64,000 nt of DNA from Herbinix sp. GTDB lineage: Bacteria > Bacillota > Clostridia > Lachnospirales > Lachnospiraceae. Shown here piece by piece: positions 50,666 through 59,124 of the stretch (the stretch's first letter is position 1; each line of letters starts with the position of its first letter). Under the pieces are notes generated by a model, which worked only from the letters and a program-made list of their open reading frames with translations, ran no database searches and had not been told where the DNA came from. The position numbers and the translations under genes were made by a program. Where the stretch lies: NCBI GenBank assembly GCA_028691795.1, contig JAQUYQ010000001.1:106699-170698 (forward strand). The letters are read 5' to 3'.

Positions 50666-50745
50666 CGAGGTTCGAAATTACATTTATAAATGTAATGGGT
50701 CCGGTACGATTCCGGAGGGATATTTAATATCCTAACGCTTAGTCC
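50666..50745 (+). repeat. Copy 2 of the structured T-loop element
   Basis: Core identical to copy 1; hairpins differ in length but stay paired. Confidence 0.85.
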
Positions 50746-50773
50746 TGTGATATAGAGATATAATCATGTTTAA

Positions 50774-50953
50774 AGGTTTCCACTTCGGTGGGCTGATCGG
50801 ACATAGATTTTACTCTATTAGCAGGGGAGGCCCATGCCTTAGGTGGGAAGTACGGAAAATGCGGCCCGTGCGGGTGAAATTACAGAACGCAGACTGCCGG
50901 TGGAGAAAAAAATAGATTTCTTCGAAAAATCTATTGGTTAACCGGATATACCT
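50774..50953 (+). ncRNA. Candidate structured ncRNA
   Basis: CCAC-TTCG-GTGG tetraloop, GCAG/CTGC, CCCA/TGGG, TGCG/CGCA, CCGGT/ACCGG, AATAGATTT/AAATCTATT stems. Confidence 0.45.
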
Positions 50954-51049
50954 AAAAAGAGACAGATGATTAATTTCATCTGTCTTTATATAATCGCTAA
51001 AACACCAGATACTATAATAACTTAGTATCGCACCACAAGGAGTAAGAAA

Positions 51050-51307
51050 ATGGGCAACGAAATCATTACTACAAAAGAACACGTAAATGAAGTAAACGCC
51101 TGCGTCTGGCACAAGTTTCGTGACCTCGGCCCCGGAATTGTGATTCGGTTCAATCCGAAGATTGCGTCGAAAAAGCAGACCGAAGTCCAATTCGCCGATG
51201 GCACTCGCGGCTGGTATTCCAATTCTGAGTTGGTTTATATCGCCTCTATTGGCGACACCGGCAAACCAAGCTACATCAAGAAAGAAAACGCACATACTGA
51301 GCACTAA
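51050..51307 (+). CDS. Small hypothetical protein (SH3-like barrel candidate)
   Basis: AAGGAG SD; 85 aa; followed by a hairpin at 51322-51353. Confidence 0.6.
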   Translation: MGNEIITTKEHVNEVNACVWHKFRDLGPGIVIRFNPKIASKKQTEVQFADGTRGWYSNSELVYIASIGDTGKPSYIKKENAHTEH

Positions 51308-51380
51308 CGCTCAAAAACTACTTAGGGAGAATATACAAAAATATTCTCCCTAACAAATAATTAATCTTATTTATTTTTGT

Positions 51381-51456
51381 GGGCCTTTAGCTCAATTGGC
51401 AGAGCCACCGGCTCATAACCGGTAAGTTACAGGTTCAAGTCCTGTAAGGCCCACCA
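51381..51456 (+). tRNA. tRNA with CAT anticodon, most likely tRNA-Ile2 (lysidine)
   Basis: GGGCCTT/AAGGCCC; ACCGG-CTCATAA-CCGGT; resembles Bacillus tRNA-Ile2; lacks initiator features; late promoter at 51352-51363. Confidence 0.9.
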
Positions 51457-51523
51457 TAGATTTTATATCAAGAAAGGAGGAGTAAACACAATTATCTATT
51501 AAGCGTAGTTCATATTCATATAT

Positions 51524-51911
51524 GGGCCCGCCAGGTTTCGACGGGGTAATGAAAGTGTTTATTTCGCACGTATGATTCACGATACGAATTAACCTTAAAT
51601 TTAAATGCTAATACATTTAAACCTGTTGGGGTTGCTGCTTAAGTAGCTTCTCCCTTCACCAAAACGACACACCAATGATAAGACGGTAAGTGTATGAGGT
51701 TCAACGATAGTCATTATCACCGTTTTCTTTGTTTTCGCAAAACAAAGTGGTGGAGGATATAACTTTTATGTCCCACGTGACCAAGATCGTTGTCGCTTAG
51801 AGTTTCATGTTAAGAGTTTTTACTCTATACTCAAAAAGACAACTATTGCGTAAAAAGAATAAACATGAATATTTATTTCGGACACGGGTTCAACTCCCGT
51901 CGGGTCCACCA
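51524..51911 (+). ncRNA. ssrA: tmRNA; tag peptide ANTFKPVGVAA (51607-51642)
   Basis: 5' GGGCCCG...GGTTTCGACGGG; 3' GGACACGGGTTCAACTCCCGTCGGGTCCACCA; G3-U wobble; TAAAT resume context; tag ends AA-stop. Confidence 0.93.
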
Positions 51912-51990
51912 AAGACAGTAAAGCAAATTCTGAGTCTGTCTATAATAAAAACTCCATAAGCCGTGACGGCGACGTTAAGCCGTTTTACAT

Positions 51991-52066
51991 TCCTTGTTAG
52001 TTCAGTTGGTAGAACGATGCGCTGTTAACGCATAAGTCGCTGGTTCGAGTCCAGCACAAGGAGCCA
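51991..52066 (+). tRNA. tRNA-Asn(GTT)
   Basis: TCCTTGT/ACAAGGA; ATGCG-CTGTTAA-CGCAT; GTTCGAGTC; G discriminator plus CCA. Confidence 0.95.
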
Positions 52067-52111
52067 ATCTTACATTCTTTATTACAAAGGATGTGGAGAT
52101 AATAAATTAAC

Positions 52112-52216
52112 GTTTTAAGTGAGGGTCGGCTTGCTATAATATTTTGCAAGTGGGGGACTATACTGCATGTCCAAAGGAGTAGGAGTAATTGCTCTGCCTA
52201 CTGTGTAACTTAAAAC
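52112..52216 (+). ncRNA. Candidate four-way-junction ncRNA
   Basis: GTTTTAAGT/ACTTAAAAC closing stem around CTTGC/GCAAG, GGAC/GTCC and AGTAGG/CCTACT hairpins. Confidence 0.45.
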
Positions 52217-52452
52217 AATTTTTATTTTATTTATATTATCACGTTTACATAGTTTTCAAAATAAAATTTAGAAAATATATTGTATTTGGCAGCGTGATAT
52301 TATTAAACATTTCATCTGGGTAATACATCTGGATGATCTGAATCGTTTAACTAGTGTGGGAAAACATCTCACACTAGTTTTTTTACCCTAAAATGATAAT
52401 GTAATATCATAATCACATTATATTAAACTAAACTAATATGGAGGTTTTAATA

Positions 52453-52869
52453 ATGAAAGAGTTTATATTATTATTAATGATATTTTGTCACATTGTCGAC
52501 GATTTTATATTACAAGGAATTTTATCCAAGATGAAATGTAAATCGTGGTGGTATGGTGAAATTAATAAATTACCCACAAAATCTTGGAGTGAACAACAAG
52601 AGAACAAAAGATTATATAAGAATGATTACAAATGTGCTTTATTTGTTCATTCATTATCATGGACATTATCTATTATGCTACCTTTAGCATATTTCATTAA
52701 CTTTAATTTAAATATTGAATATAATTTATTATTAGTATTCAATATATTAACCCACATGTTTATAGACAATCTAAAAGCCAATAAGCTAAAAATAAATCTT
52801 ATTACCGATCAGAGCATACATCTGATACAGATTATAACAACATGGTATGTATTAATAGGGAGGTTTTAA
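52453..52869 (+). CDS. DUF3307-family membrane protein
   Basis: CHIVDDFILQ, HSLSW, THMFIDNLK, DQSIH; GGAGG SD before the ATG at 52453. Confidence 0.75.
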   Translation: MKEFILLLMIFCHIVDDFILQGILSKMKCKSWWYGEINKLPTKSWSEQQENKRLYKNDYKCALFVHSLSWTLSIMLPLAYFINFNLNIEYNLLLVFNILTHMFIDNLKANKLKINLITDQSIHLIQIITTWYVLIGRF

Positions 52870-52871
52870 TA

Positions 52872-53228
52872 ATGGCTAAGAAAAAAAGTAGCAAAGAATT
52901 CTCTTATGATATTAAAGAAGTCATAGGAATATTGGATAATAACGCTGAAAGTAAATGGAGGAAATATCTATCATTCATATCATGGAATGATGCTCCTCCT
53001 AAAATCGATATACGAAATATGAATCTTGAAGATGAACGTATGTCGAGTGGAATAACTTTAAATGACAATGAGGCCGATATATTGACCGATTTGTTAATAT
53101 CAAGAGGATATGGTAGTATTGAACTATTAAGAGAAACCATATCTCAAAAAGAAAATATCATGAAATCTTTACAATCTCTCGATGAAGAGAAAAAAGATTA
53201 TATATATGAAATAACTATAGGGGAGTGA
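52872..53228 (+). CDS. YdbC/PC4-like ssDNA-binding protein
   Basis: IGIL....WRKYLSFISWNDAPPKIDIR...MSSGITL. Confidence 0.8.
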   Translation: MAKKKSSKEFSYDIKEVIGILDNNAESKWRKYLSFISWNDAPPKIDIRNMNLEDERMSSGITLNDNEADILTDLLISRGYGSIELLRETISQKENIMKSLQSLDEEKKDYIYEITIGE

Positions 53229-53235
53229 TCCATTT

Positions 53236-54345
53236 ATGATGGATATACCATTTTCCCTTCATAAGATAAAACATAGTAAGCTGGACGAATTGTTTGATAA
53301 GTGTGATGAAATTCAACTTAATAAAAATTCTACAGTTAATGTGTTTATCAATATGGAGAACGTTGTTAATAAAATAAAACACAATGAACTTTATACATTT
53401 AATCGTGGCAACTTAAGTGATAATGTACAGGAGCTAACCTCCAATATAATAAATTTATCCGCCCATTATCGTTATTATTTCAATAAGCGGAAAATAAAAT
53501 CTAACGTATATGTATATGGTCAATATCCATTAATACCGAGTTATATTAAGAATAGAAATATTCTTGAGAATTATCGAATACGGTATTACAACATGTATAC
53601 CAAAGATTTGAAATATTCTGCTGTTACTGAAACTATAACAAATGCAATACCGATTGCAAAAACAATTCTTCAATATATTGAAGGAGTATATTTTATAGAG
53701 GCTGATTTTATGGAATCTGCACTAATTCCAATGGTGGTGAACTCATATCATCAACAAGAAGGAACATCCCAGGGATCATACAATTTTATCGTTACTATGG
53801 ACAGATATGAGTATCAATATGTAAATTATGGTTATTATATATTGAGACCCAATCCAAAGAATAATGCTGTCATATTAACGAAAAATAACATAGTCAATCA
53901 GATAAAGAGTGATTACTCTATTATCTCTTCTGAACTCGATTTCTCTCCTTCTAATATTCCTATAATATACTCTTTCCTTGGTAATTTACCAAGAAGCATT
54001 CTTAATATCAAACGCTTTGGTATTAAAAAGACTCTTAAATTATTACAAGGCGCAATCGATAATCAAATCATTACACCGAATACTAATCACATCAATATGA
54101 TAATGAGTTTCATTCAACAATCATATTGTGATGAGGTTAAGGATAATTTTGATGTAACAGATTTGGTTTCTCAATTTAACAGACTATCTTTAAATGATAA
54201 GTATTATATATACGATCAAATTATTGATACATTCGATAATAAATCATTGAGGGAATTAAACGATTATTATTTTCCAAAGTTCCCATTAATGCTTATCGAA
54301 ATAGACACATTCAAAAATAGAAAAAATCCATTTGACAGAAAGTAG
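53236..54345 (+). CDS. Divergent 5'-3' exonuclease/FEN-like protein
   Basis: PIN-like strand order and helix-hairpin LGNLPRSILNIKRFGIKKTLK; catalytic acids degenerate. Confidence 0.45.
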   Translation: MMDIPFSLHKIKHSKLDELFDKCDEIQLNKNSTVNVFINMENVVNKIKHNELYTFNRGNLSDNVQELTSNIINLSAHYRYYFNKRKIKSNVYVYGQYPLIPSYIKNRNILENYRIRYYNMYTKDLKYSAVTETITNAIPIAKTILQYIEGVYFIEADFMESALIPMVVNSYHQQEGTSQGSYNFIVTMDRYEYQYVNYGYYILRPNPKNNAVILTKNNIVNQIKSDYSIISSELDFSPSNIPIIYSFLGNLPRSILNIKRFGIKKTLKLLQGAIDNQIITPNTNHINMIMSFIQQSYCDEVKDNFDVTDLVSQFNRLSLNDKYYIYDQIIDTFDNKSLRELNDYYFPKFPLMLIEIDTFKNRKNPFDRK

Positions 54346-54356
54346 GAGGGTTTCAG

Positions 54357-54653
54357 ATGAAAGGGAAAAAATTCGATGCTGCTGAAAAACACTTTATGGA
54401 AAAAGAAGCAAGACTCAAAAAACAAATTAATTCATTAGAAGCTAGAAACTCTGAATTAAGAGCGGCTCTCGTCGAAAAGACTAGCGAGAATAATTCTCTT
54501 TCTACTAAGAATGCCGAACTCGAAGACTGGATTGAGCGTCTGCTCATTTATACCGAGCTCAACCGCGAAGACATCAAACGAATCTGTCAGGAAGATAAAC
54601 GTAAAGGCGAAAACATCAATATGGTATTACATCTTATGAGCAGATTCATCTAA
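54357..54653 (+). CDS. Coiled-coil hypothetical protein
   Basis: 98 aa, AGGAGG SD; terminator at 54657-54690. Confidence 0.65.
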   Translation: MKGKKFDAAEKHFMEKEARLKKQINSLEARNSELRAALVEKTSENNSLSTKNAELEDWIERLLIYTELNREDIKRICQEDKRKGENINMVLHLMSRFI

Positions 54654-54729
54654 TTAAAATAAGGACAATAATATATATTGTCCTTATTTTTTTATCCAAG
54701 TTCTACATTTTTGTAAGAGGTGATTTATT

Positions 54730-55965
54730 ATGGCCTATCTATCTCAATATAGATATATAATAGACCCAGTAACAATAATGGTTAATGGTTCAGCTATTAC
54801 TGAAGTTCCTACTAACAGAATTAAATCTTTTGGTTTAGAGAAAGACTTTGATTTCTGCCATTTTCCATTGTTATCTGTATCTTTGAATATTAAACCAAAG
54901 ATATATCAAATGATTCAAGATTCAAGAGAATCTGTTACATTTAAAATACGTATACAACGATACTCATTCGATCAAACCGATCTAACCAATTATAAATATA
55001 AAAGGGATTTTATTAATGGGGTATTTACTACGTTTATAGATGTGAAAACACCTATTCTTGATGATACCTTAATAGAATACGATAATGAGATTAATAATGA
55101 TGATAATAAGATTAATGATCTAGCTAACGTTTATACTTTCTATTTATTTAAAGAAAAAGATATAAGCAATGCTGCTAAGATTAATAACCTTATATTCACA
55201 TCAGATACGCTAACTAATATAGTCACATATCTATTCTATACTTGCGGAGTAAGCAACGTATTGATGAGTAAACTCACAAACGCTGCTTTACAATCAGAAG
55301 TTCTTCTTCCGCCATATACATTAACCGGAGCTATAAATTATTTAGATCAACAATATGGTCTATATACCACAGGCTCTGTTTTATTTTTTGATTATGATAG
55401 AACTTATCTATTGCAGAAAATGGCTAAATGTACAGCGTGGAGATTAAACGAATATAAAAAGGTTGTATTTTCAGTAACTAAAATATCCAATCCAAATTCA
55501 TCTTTTCCGGGATCTATGGTTGATTCAGAAAAAGAATACATATATGTCAATGTGACAAGAAACTGTGTTGATATACTGACAGATACTATTACTAATGACG
55601 CAGTTAGTGGTAATAATACTCTTATAGTAGATCCTATGAGTGGAGGAGAAAAAGTTACATCTAACGCTGAACAAATAGGGTCGGGTACTTATTCGGTTAA
55701 GATGCAATCCTTTGAAAATCCCTATATAAAAACAATGAATAACATGATAATCAATGAGAATAAAACGGTTATTAATATATATTTAACTGAAACCGATATA
55801 TCTGAATTTACTCCTAATAAAGAATATGTCATGACATTTGAAGATCAATCAGTTCAAGCTGAATATGGTGGAAATTATAGATTGACCTTCTTATCTGTGG
55901 AGTATTCTAACCAGGGAGATTCATATTTTGCCAATATTATGTTAACACTAAAAAGAAGCCTATAA
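54730..55965 (+). CDS. Virion structural protein (baseplate hub-like)
   Basis: 411 aa beta-rich; YLDQQYGLY...FFDYD and FTPNKEY motifs; late-like TACA-N6-TA upstream. Confidence 0.5.
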   Translation: MAYLSQYRYIIDPVTIMVNGSAITEVPTNRIKSFGLEKDFDFCHFPLLSVSLNIKPKIYQMIQDSRESVTFKIRIQRYSFDQTDLTNYKYKRDFINGVFTTFIDVKTPILDDTLIEYDNEINNDDNKINDLANVYTFYLFKEKDISNAAKINNLIFTSDTLTNIVTYLFYTCGVSNVLMSKLTNAALQSEVLLPPYTLTGAINYLDQQYGLYTTGSVLFFDYDRTYLLQKMAKCTAWRLNEYKKVVFSVTKISNPNSSFPGSMVDSEKEYIYVNVTRNCVDILTDTITNDAVSGNNTLIVDPMSGGEKVTSNAEQIGSGTYSVKMQSFENPYIKTMNNMIINENKTVINIYLTETDISEFTPNKEYVMTFEDQSVQAEYGGNYRLTFLSVEYSNQGDSYFANIMLTLKRSL

Positions 55966-56004
55966 AATAAAGAGTGTATGGAAATTAATCCATACACTCT
56001 TTAT
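55966..56004. terminator. Bidirectional terminator
   Basis: AATAAAGAGTGTATGGA/TCCATACACTCTTTATT. Confidence 0.75.
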
Positions 56005-56007
56005 TAT

Positions 56008-56970
56008 TTACACGATGGTGCCAATTTTTTGGATAACATAGTTATCCTGTTGAATCATTTCTTTTACCGCTTGGAGTTTTTCAACATAAACCTTCATTAT
56101 GTTGGTAAGCATATAGCTCATTATACGGAAATTCTTATTATAAAAATCCCGTATAAGTTGTACATCTGATTCGTTGGAAATAAATTTACCATCAACTTCA
56201 ACGACCTTTGTTCCAACAATATTAACCTTGGCATCTCTGAATAAATCCTCCATCTTTTTAAGATGCTGAATTAATTCGGTCTTATCTCTTTTTACCATAG
56301 TCAATATCTTATTAGATTCTTTGGCCCTGGTGATAATTTCGTCTATTTCTTTTTTTGTGATAGTTATTTCGGATACATCTTTCTTCATGTTTCTGTGAAC
56401 CATGAAGATATAATCCAAAAATTTATCATCTTCGAGTAATGTACCCGAACGGCATATTGAATTCTTCAATTTACTTCTCTTAGATTTTGTATCATCGAAG
56501 AATTCATGAAGATCTTTGCTGGCATTATTGAACACATTTACATTAGGTTCTTTAAATAAACTATTTAAAGAAATAAACATCGATGCTTCAAGTTTGCTTA
56601 ACTCGGTATAATTGGGAATCCCAGTATTGATTGTATAATTATATCCCTTTATTTTAAAAGATCCTTCAAAGGTACTTGACTCAGTTTTGAACTCTGTCAA
56701 TAGGATCTGATTATTTTCAAGAAGTTTAGTTATTTGTCTATATAAAGTATCTCCATATTTTTTATAAGTATCTATATACATAGACACAAATGTCGATACA
56801 TCGATATTTATATCTCTAACAGCTTCTTTCAAAACATCACTATTCATGGTTTCAGCCACTATATCAAAATAGTTATTAACAGATTCAGTTAAACCAATAA
56901 CACCTGCTTCAAATGAATCGGGAATAGAATTTTCAAATACTGAACTGTTTATTGCACCAAAAAGACTCAT
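56008..56970 (-). CDS. Internal head protein paralogue
   Basis: Own late promoter at 57002-57013; LTES/LKEA motifs. Confidence 0.55.
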   Translation of the reverse strand: MSLFGAINSSVFENSIPDSFEAGVIGLTESVNNYFDIVAETMNSDVLKEAVRDINIDVSTFVSMYIDTYKKYGDTLYRQITKLLENNQILLTEFKTESSTFEGSFKIKGYNYTINTGIPNYTELSKLEASMFISLNSLFKEPNVNVFNNASKDLHEFFDDTKSKRSKLKNSICRSGTLLEDDKFLDYIFMVHRNMKKDVSEITITKKEIDEIITRAKESNKILTMVKRDKTELIQHLKKMEDLFRDAKVNIVGTKVVEVDGKFISNESDVQLIRDFYNKNFRIMSYMLTNIMKVYVEKLQAVKEMIQQDNYVIQKIGTIV

Positions 56971-57077
56971 ACTATTCGCCTTCTTTCGTATTTATTTTTA
57001 TTAATTGGTTGTTCTTTGTATTATAGGGTATAAAATCAGTGAGAGTGTATAAAACACTCTCACTGATTATTATTAAC

Positions 57078-58082
57078 TTAGAGCTCTGCGTAAGCAGCCT
57101 CAAGAACAGAACGCGAATTACCGGTATCTTCTTCTTCACCAGTATACGATTCCTTGACAGTCTTCATCGCAAATCTCTTAAGCTGACGAGCCGACTCATT
57201 GGCCAGGCCCTTAACAGCACTAACAGTTTTATTGAGCATCTCAGACTGAAGCGTAGCACCACGCGAAGCAACCTTAAACGCTCCGCGAATACTCTCCTGA
57301 GCGGCGGGCTTATCGGTCTGCTTAACAGCCGCGTCACAAGCCTTTTCGATCGCTTTCTGATACTCGGCGACCTGATCAATAACGCTATTGAGCTCTCCGA
57401 TGATGTCGGCCTCTTTGCTCACATACGTGAGAAGGGCTGTTTTAATCGAAGCGTTCATAGTGTATTCCTCAGACTTATTATCACGGTTACGACCAATCAG
57501 AGAAGCTCTCTCGGTCAGATTGGTCTTAACGAGATCAAAATACTTGGTATACTCTTCCATCTTCTTACCAAGTTCAGAAGGCTTGGAAGAAAGAATGGTG
57601 TTCTGTGCGCTCTTCGTCTTGGAACGAAGATCGGCAAGACTATAATTAATAGTCTTAGGAACATCGATTCCATCCTTGAGATTCCAGTTAGACTTGAACT
57701 TGTAATTGTCGCCTTTGGCTTTCTTGATTTCTTTCTCATATTTGCCCACAAACTTGCGGCCTTCAGTAAAGAAATCCTTGACCTTCTTCACCCATCCCAT
57801 GACAATATTCTTGATACGGGTGAAGAACTTAACGGCAGCCGCCTTGATGTTTTTGAAAACATCAGTAAAGGTGGCCTCAATAACCTCTTCCGCTTCATCA
57901 TCTTCCATATCCTCAACGGCAGATTCAATGATGACATCGGAAATATAAAGAGCATTCAGAATATTCGAAGATTCGACAAGTGCATCGGCATATGCAAGTG
58001 CCGGCGAGTCATAACCTTCACCCACAATAACAGTTTCTGCGGGATTATTCGTTGCAGTATTGCGATTAAACAACATACTCAT
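57078..58082 (-). CDS. Abundant internal head protein paralogue
   Basis: LVES/IIES/VIEA propeptide then a KFFxRIKN..WVKK amphipathic helix; high-expression codons. Confidence 0.6.
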   Translation of the reverse strand: MSMLFNRNTATNNPAETVIVGEGYDSPALAYADALVESSNILNALYISDVIIESAVEDMEDDEAEEVIEATFTDVFKNIKAAAVKFFTRIKNIVMGWVKKVKDFFTEGRKFVGKYEKEIKKAKGDNYKFKSNWNLKDGIDVPKTINYSLADLRSKTKSAQNTILSSKPSELGKKMEEYTKYFDLVKTNLTERASLIGRNRDNKSEEYTMNASIKTALLTYVSKEADIIGELNSVIDQVAEYQKAIEKACDAAVKQTDKPAAQESIRGAFKVASRGATLQSEMLNKTVSAVKGLANESARQLKRFAMKTVKESYTGEEEDTGNSRSVLEAAYAEL

Positions 58083-58105
58083 TGTATTTTTCCTCCTTAA
58101 TTATT

Positions 58106-59080
58106 TTACTTAGAAGCGGCAGCAACTTTGCTGATGAGCTTGCGAGCAGTACGAATACGCTCTTCGATCATACGAACACCGACGCTCGTAATTACAGTGG
58201 CTTTATTATAGCAAACGTTGGTTTCAGCAAGAACTGCACGAGCCCAAGCGAGAGCACTGGTTTCGGTGGTATTGCCTTTAGACAGCGCCTCAACGACATC
58301 CTCAGCACTTTCAACGAAACCTTTAAGGGTTTTCTCCATCTCTTCAATGGCCTTAGCATCGCTATCATTTTTCAGATTAGCAATCTGATCGGCAAGATTA
58401 ACCGTTTTTTCGCGAGCAGTTGCATCTCCCGAACGATATTTCTTTTCAATCGATGCCTTAAAGTTACTGACATCAAAACCAAAACCCGCAAGAGCCTTAT
58501 TTCGAAGATTCTCTTGCTCAGTCTTCCATTTTTCAATACCAGCGGTTTCCTTCTTGGTGACGTCCGAATTCTGACCCTTCAATCCACTGAAGGCAGTTTT
58601 ACGACCGCTCATGAATTTACCAGCATCAGCAACGGGACTGAAATCATAAACAAAATAAGAAGCGCGAACCGAAGCGGGCTTCTTCAGCTTGTCTTTGTAC
58701 AGGGACAGGAAAGCTTCGTTATCGCCACGAAGAGCCTTCCAACGCGTTTTGAGATTCTTGAAGAACGCCGAAATCTTTGCTTTAATAGCAGCGAAAATTT
58801 CCTTGATCTTCTTCCAAGCGCCGGCCATGGAAGCCTCCATGACAACATTGTACTCGGCCTGTGCGGACTCGAGAACAACACCATTCGAATCGACAGAACG
58901 ATTCATGGTGATCTCGGCCATATCCATTTCATGAAGGGACTCCATGAGCGAACAAGTAGATTCGATGGCTTCAGCATGAGCGAGGATCAGTCCTTCGTTT
59001 TCGACCGTATAAAGGGCCTCGTTAACGGAAACATCGATATCACGATTTGAGTTAAATAAGATACTCATAATTATTTCCAC
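58106..59080 (-). CDS. Abundant internal head protein paralogue
   Basis: AIES/LMES/VLES/VMEA then an AWKKIKEIF..FFKNL helix; late promoter at 59095-59106. Confidence 0.6.
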   Translation of the reverse strand: MEIIMSILFNSNRDIDVSVNEALYTVENEGLILAHAEAIESTCSLMESLHEMDMAEITMNRSVDSNGVVLESAQAEYNVVMEASMAGAWKKIKEIFAAIKAKISAFFKNLKTRWKALRGDNEAFLSLYKDKLKKPASVRASYFVYDFSPVADAGKFMSGRKTAFSGLKGQNSDVTKKETAGIEKWKTEQENLRNKALAGFGFDVSNFKASIEKKYRSGDATAREKTVNLADQIANLKNDSDAKAIEEMEKTLKGFVESAEDVVEALSKGNTTETSALAWARAVLAETNVCYNKATVITSVGVRMIEERIRTARKLISKVAAASK

Positions 59081-59124
59081 CTTTCGTGTAATTTTATATT
59101 TATGTTTGTAGATTTAAACTTACC

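Noticed and set aside
49625-50745. CRISPR array reading of the duplicated element or the CGGTCCTTTAAG hairpins
   Set aside because: Only 2-3 copies, irregular spacing, no uniform spacers and no cas genes
50045-50953. RNase P RNA, SRP RNA, hammerhead or group I/II intron
   Set aside because: I could not find GAGGAAAGUCC with its P4 partner, the SRP GGAA/AGCAG loop, CUGAUGA/GAAA, or intron core and domain V motifs by eye; a covariance search is still needed
51381-51456. Initiator tRNA-fMet
   Set aside because: It has a paired G1-C72 and lacks three consecutive G-C pairs in the anticodon stem; it resembles tRNA-Ile2
57039-59050. Long plus-strand ORFs (353 and 322 aa) opposite the head protein genes
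   Set aside because: Same antisense shadow effect; the minus-strand genes have SDs, promoters and paralogy
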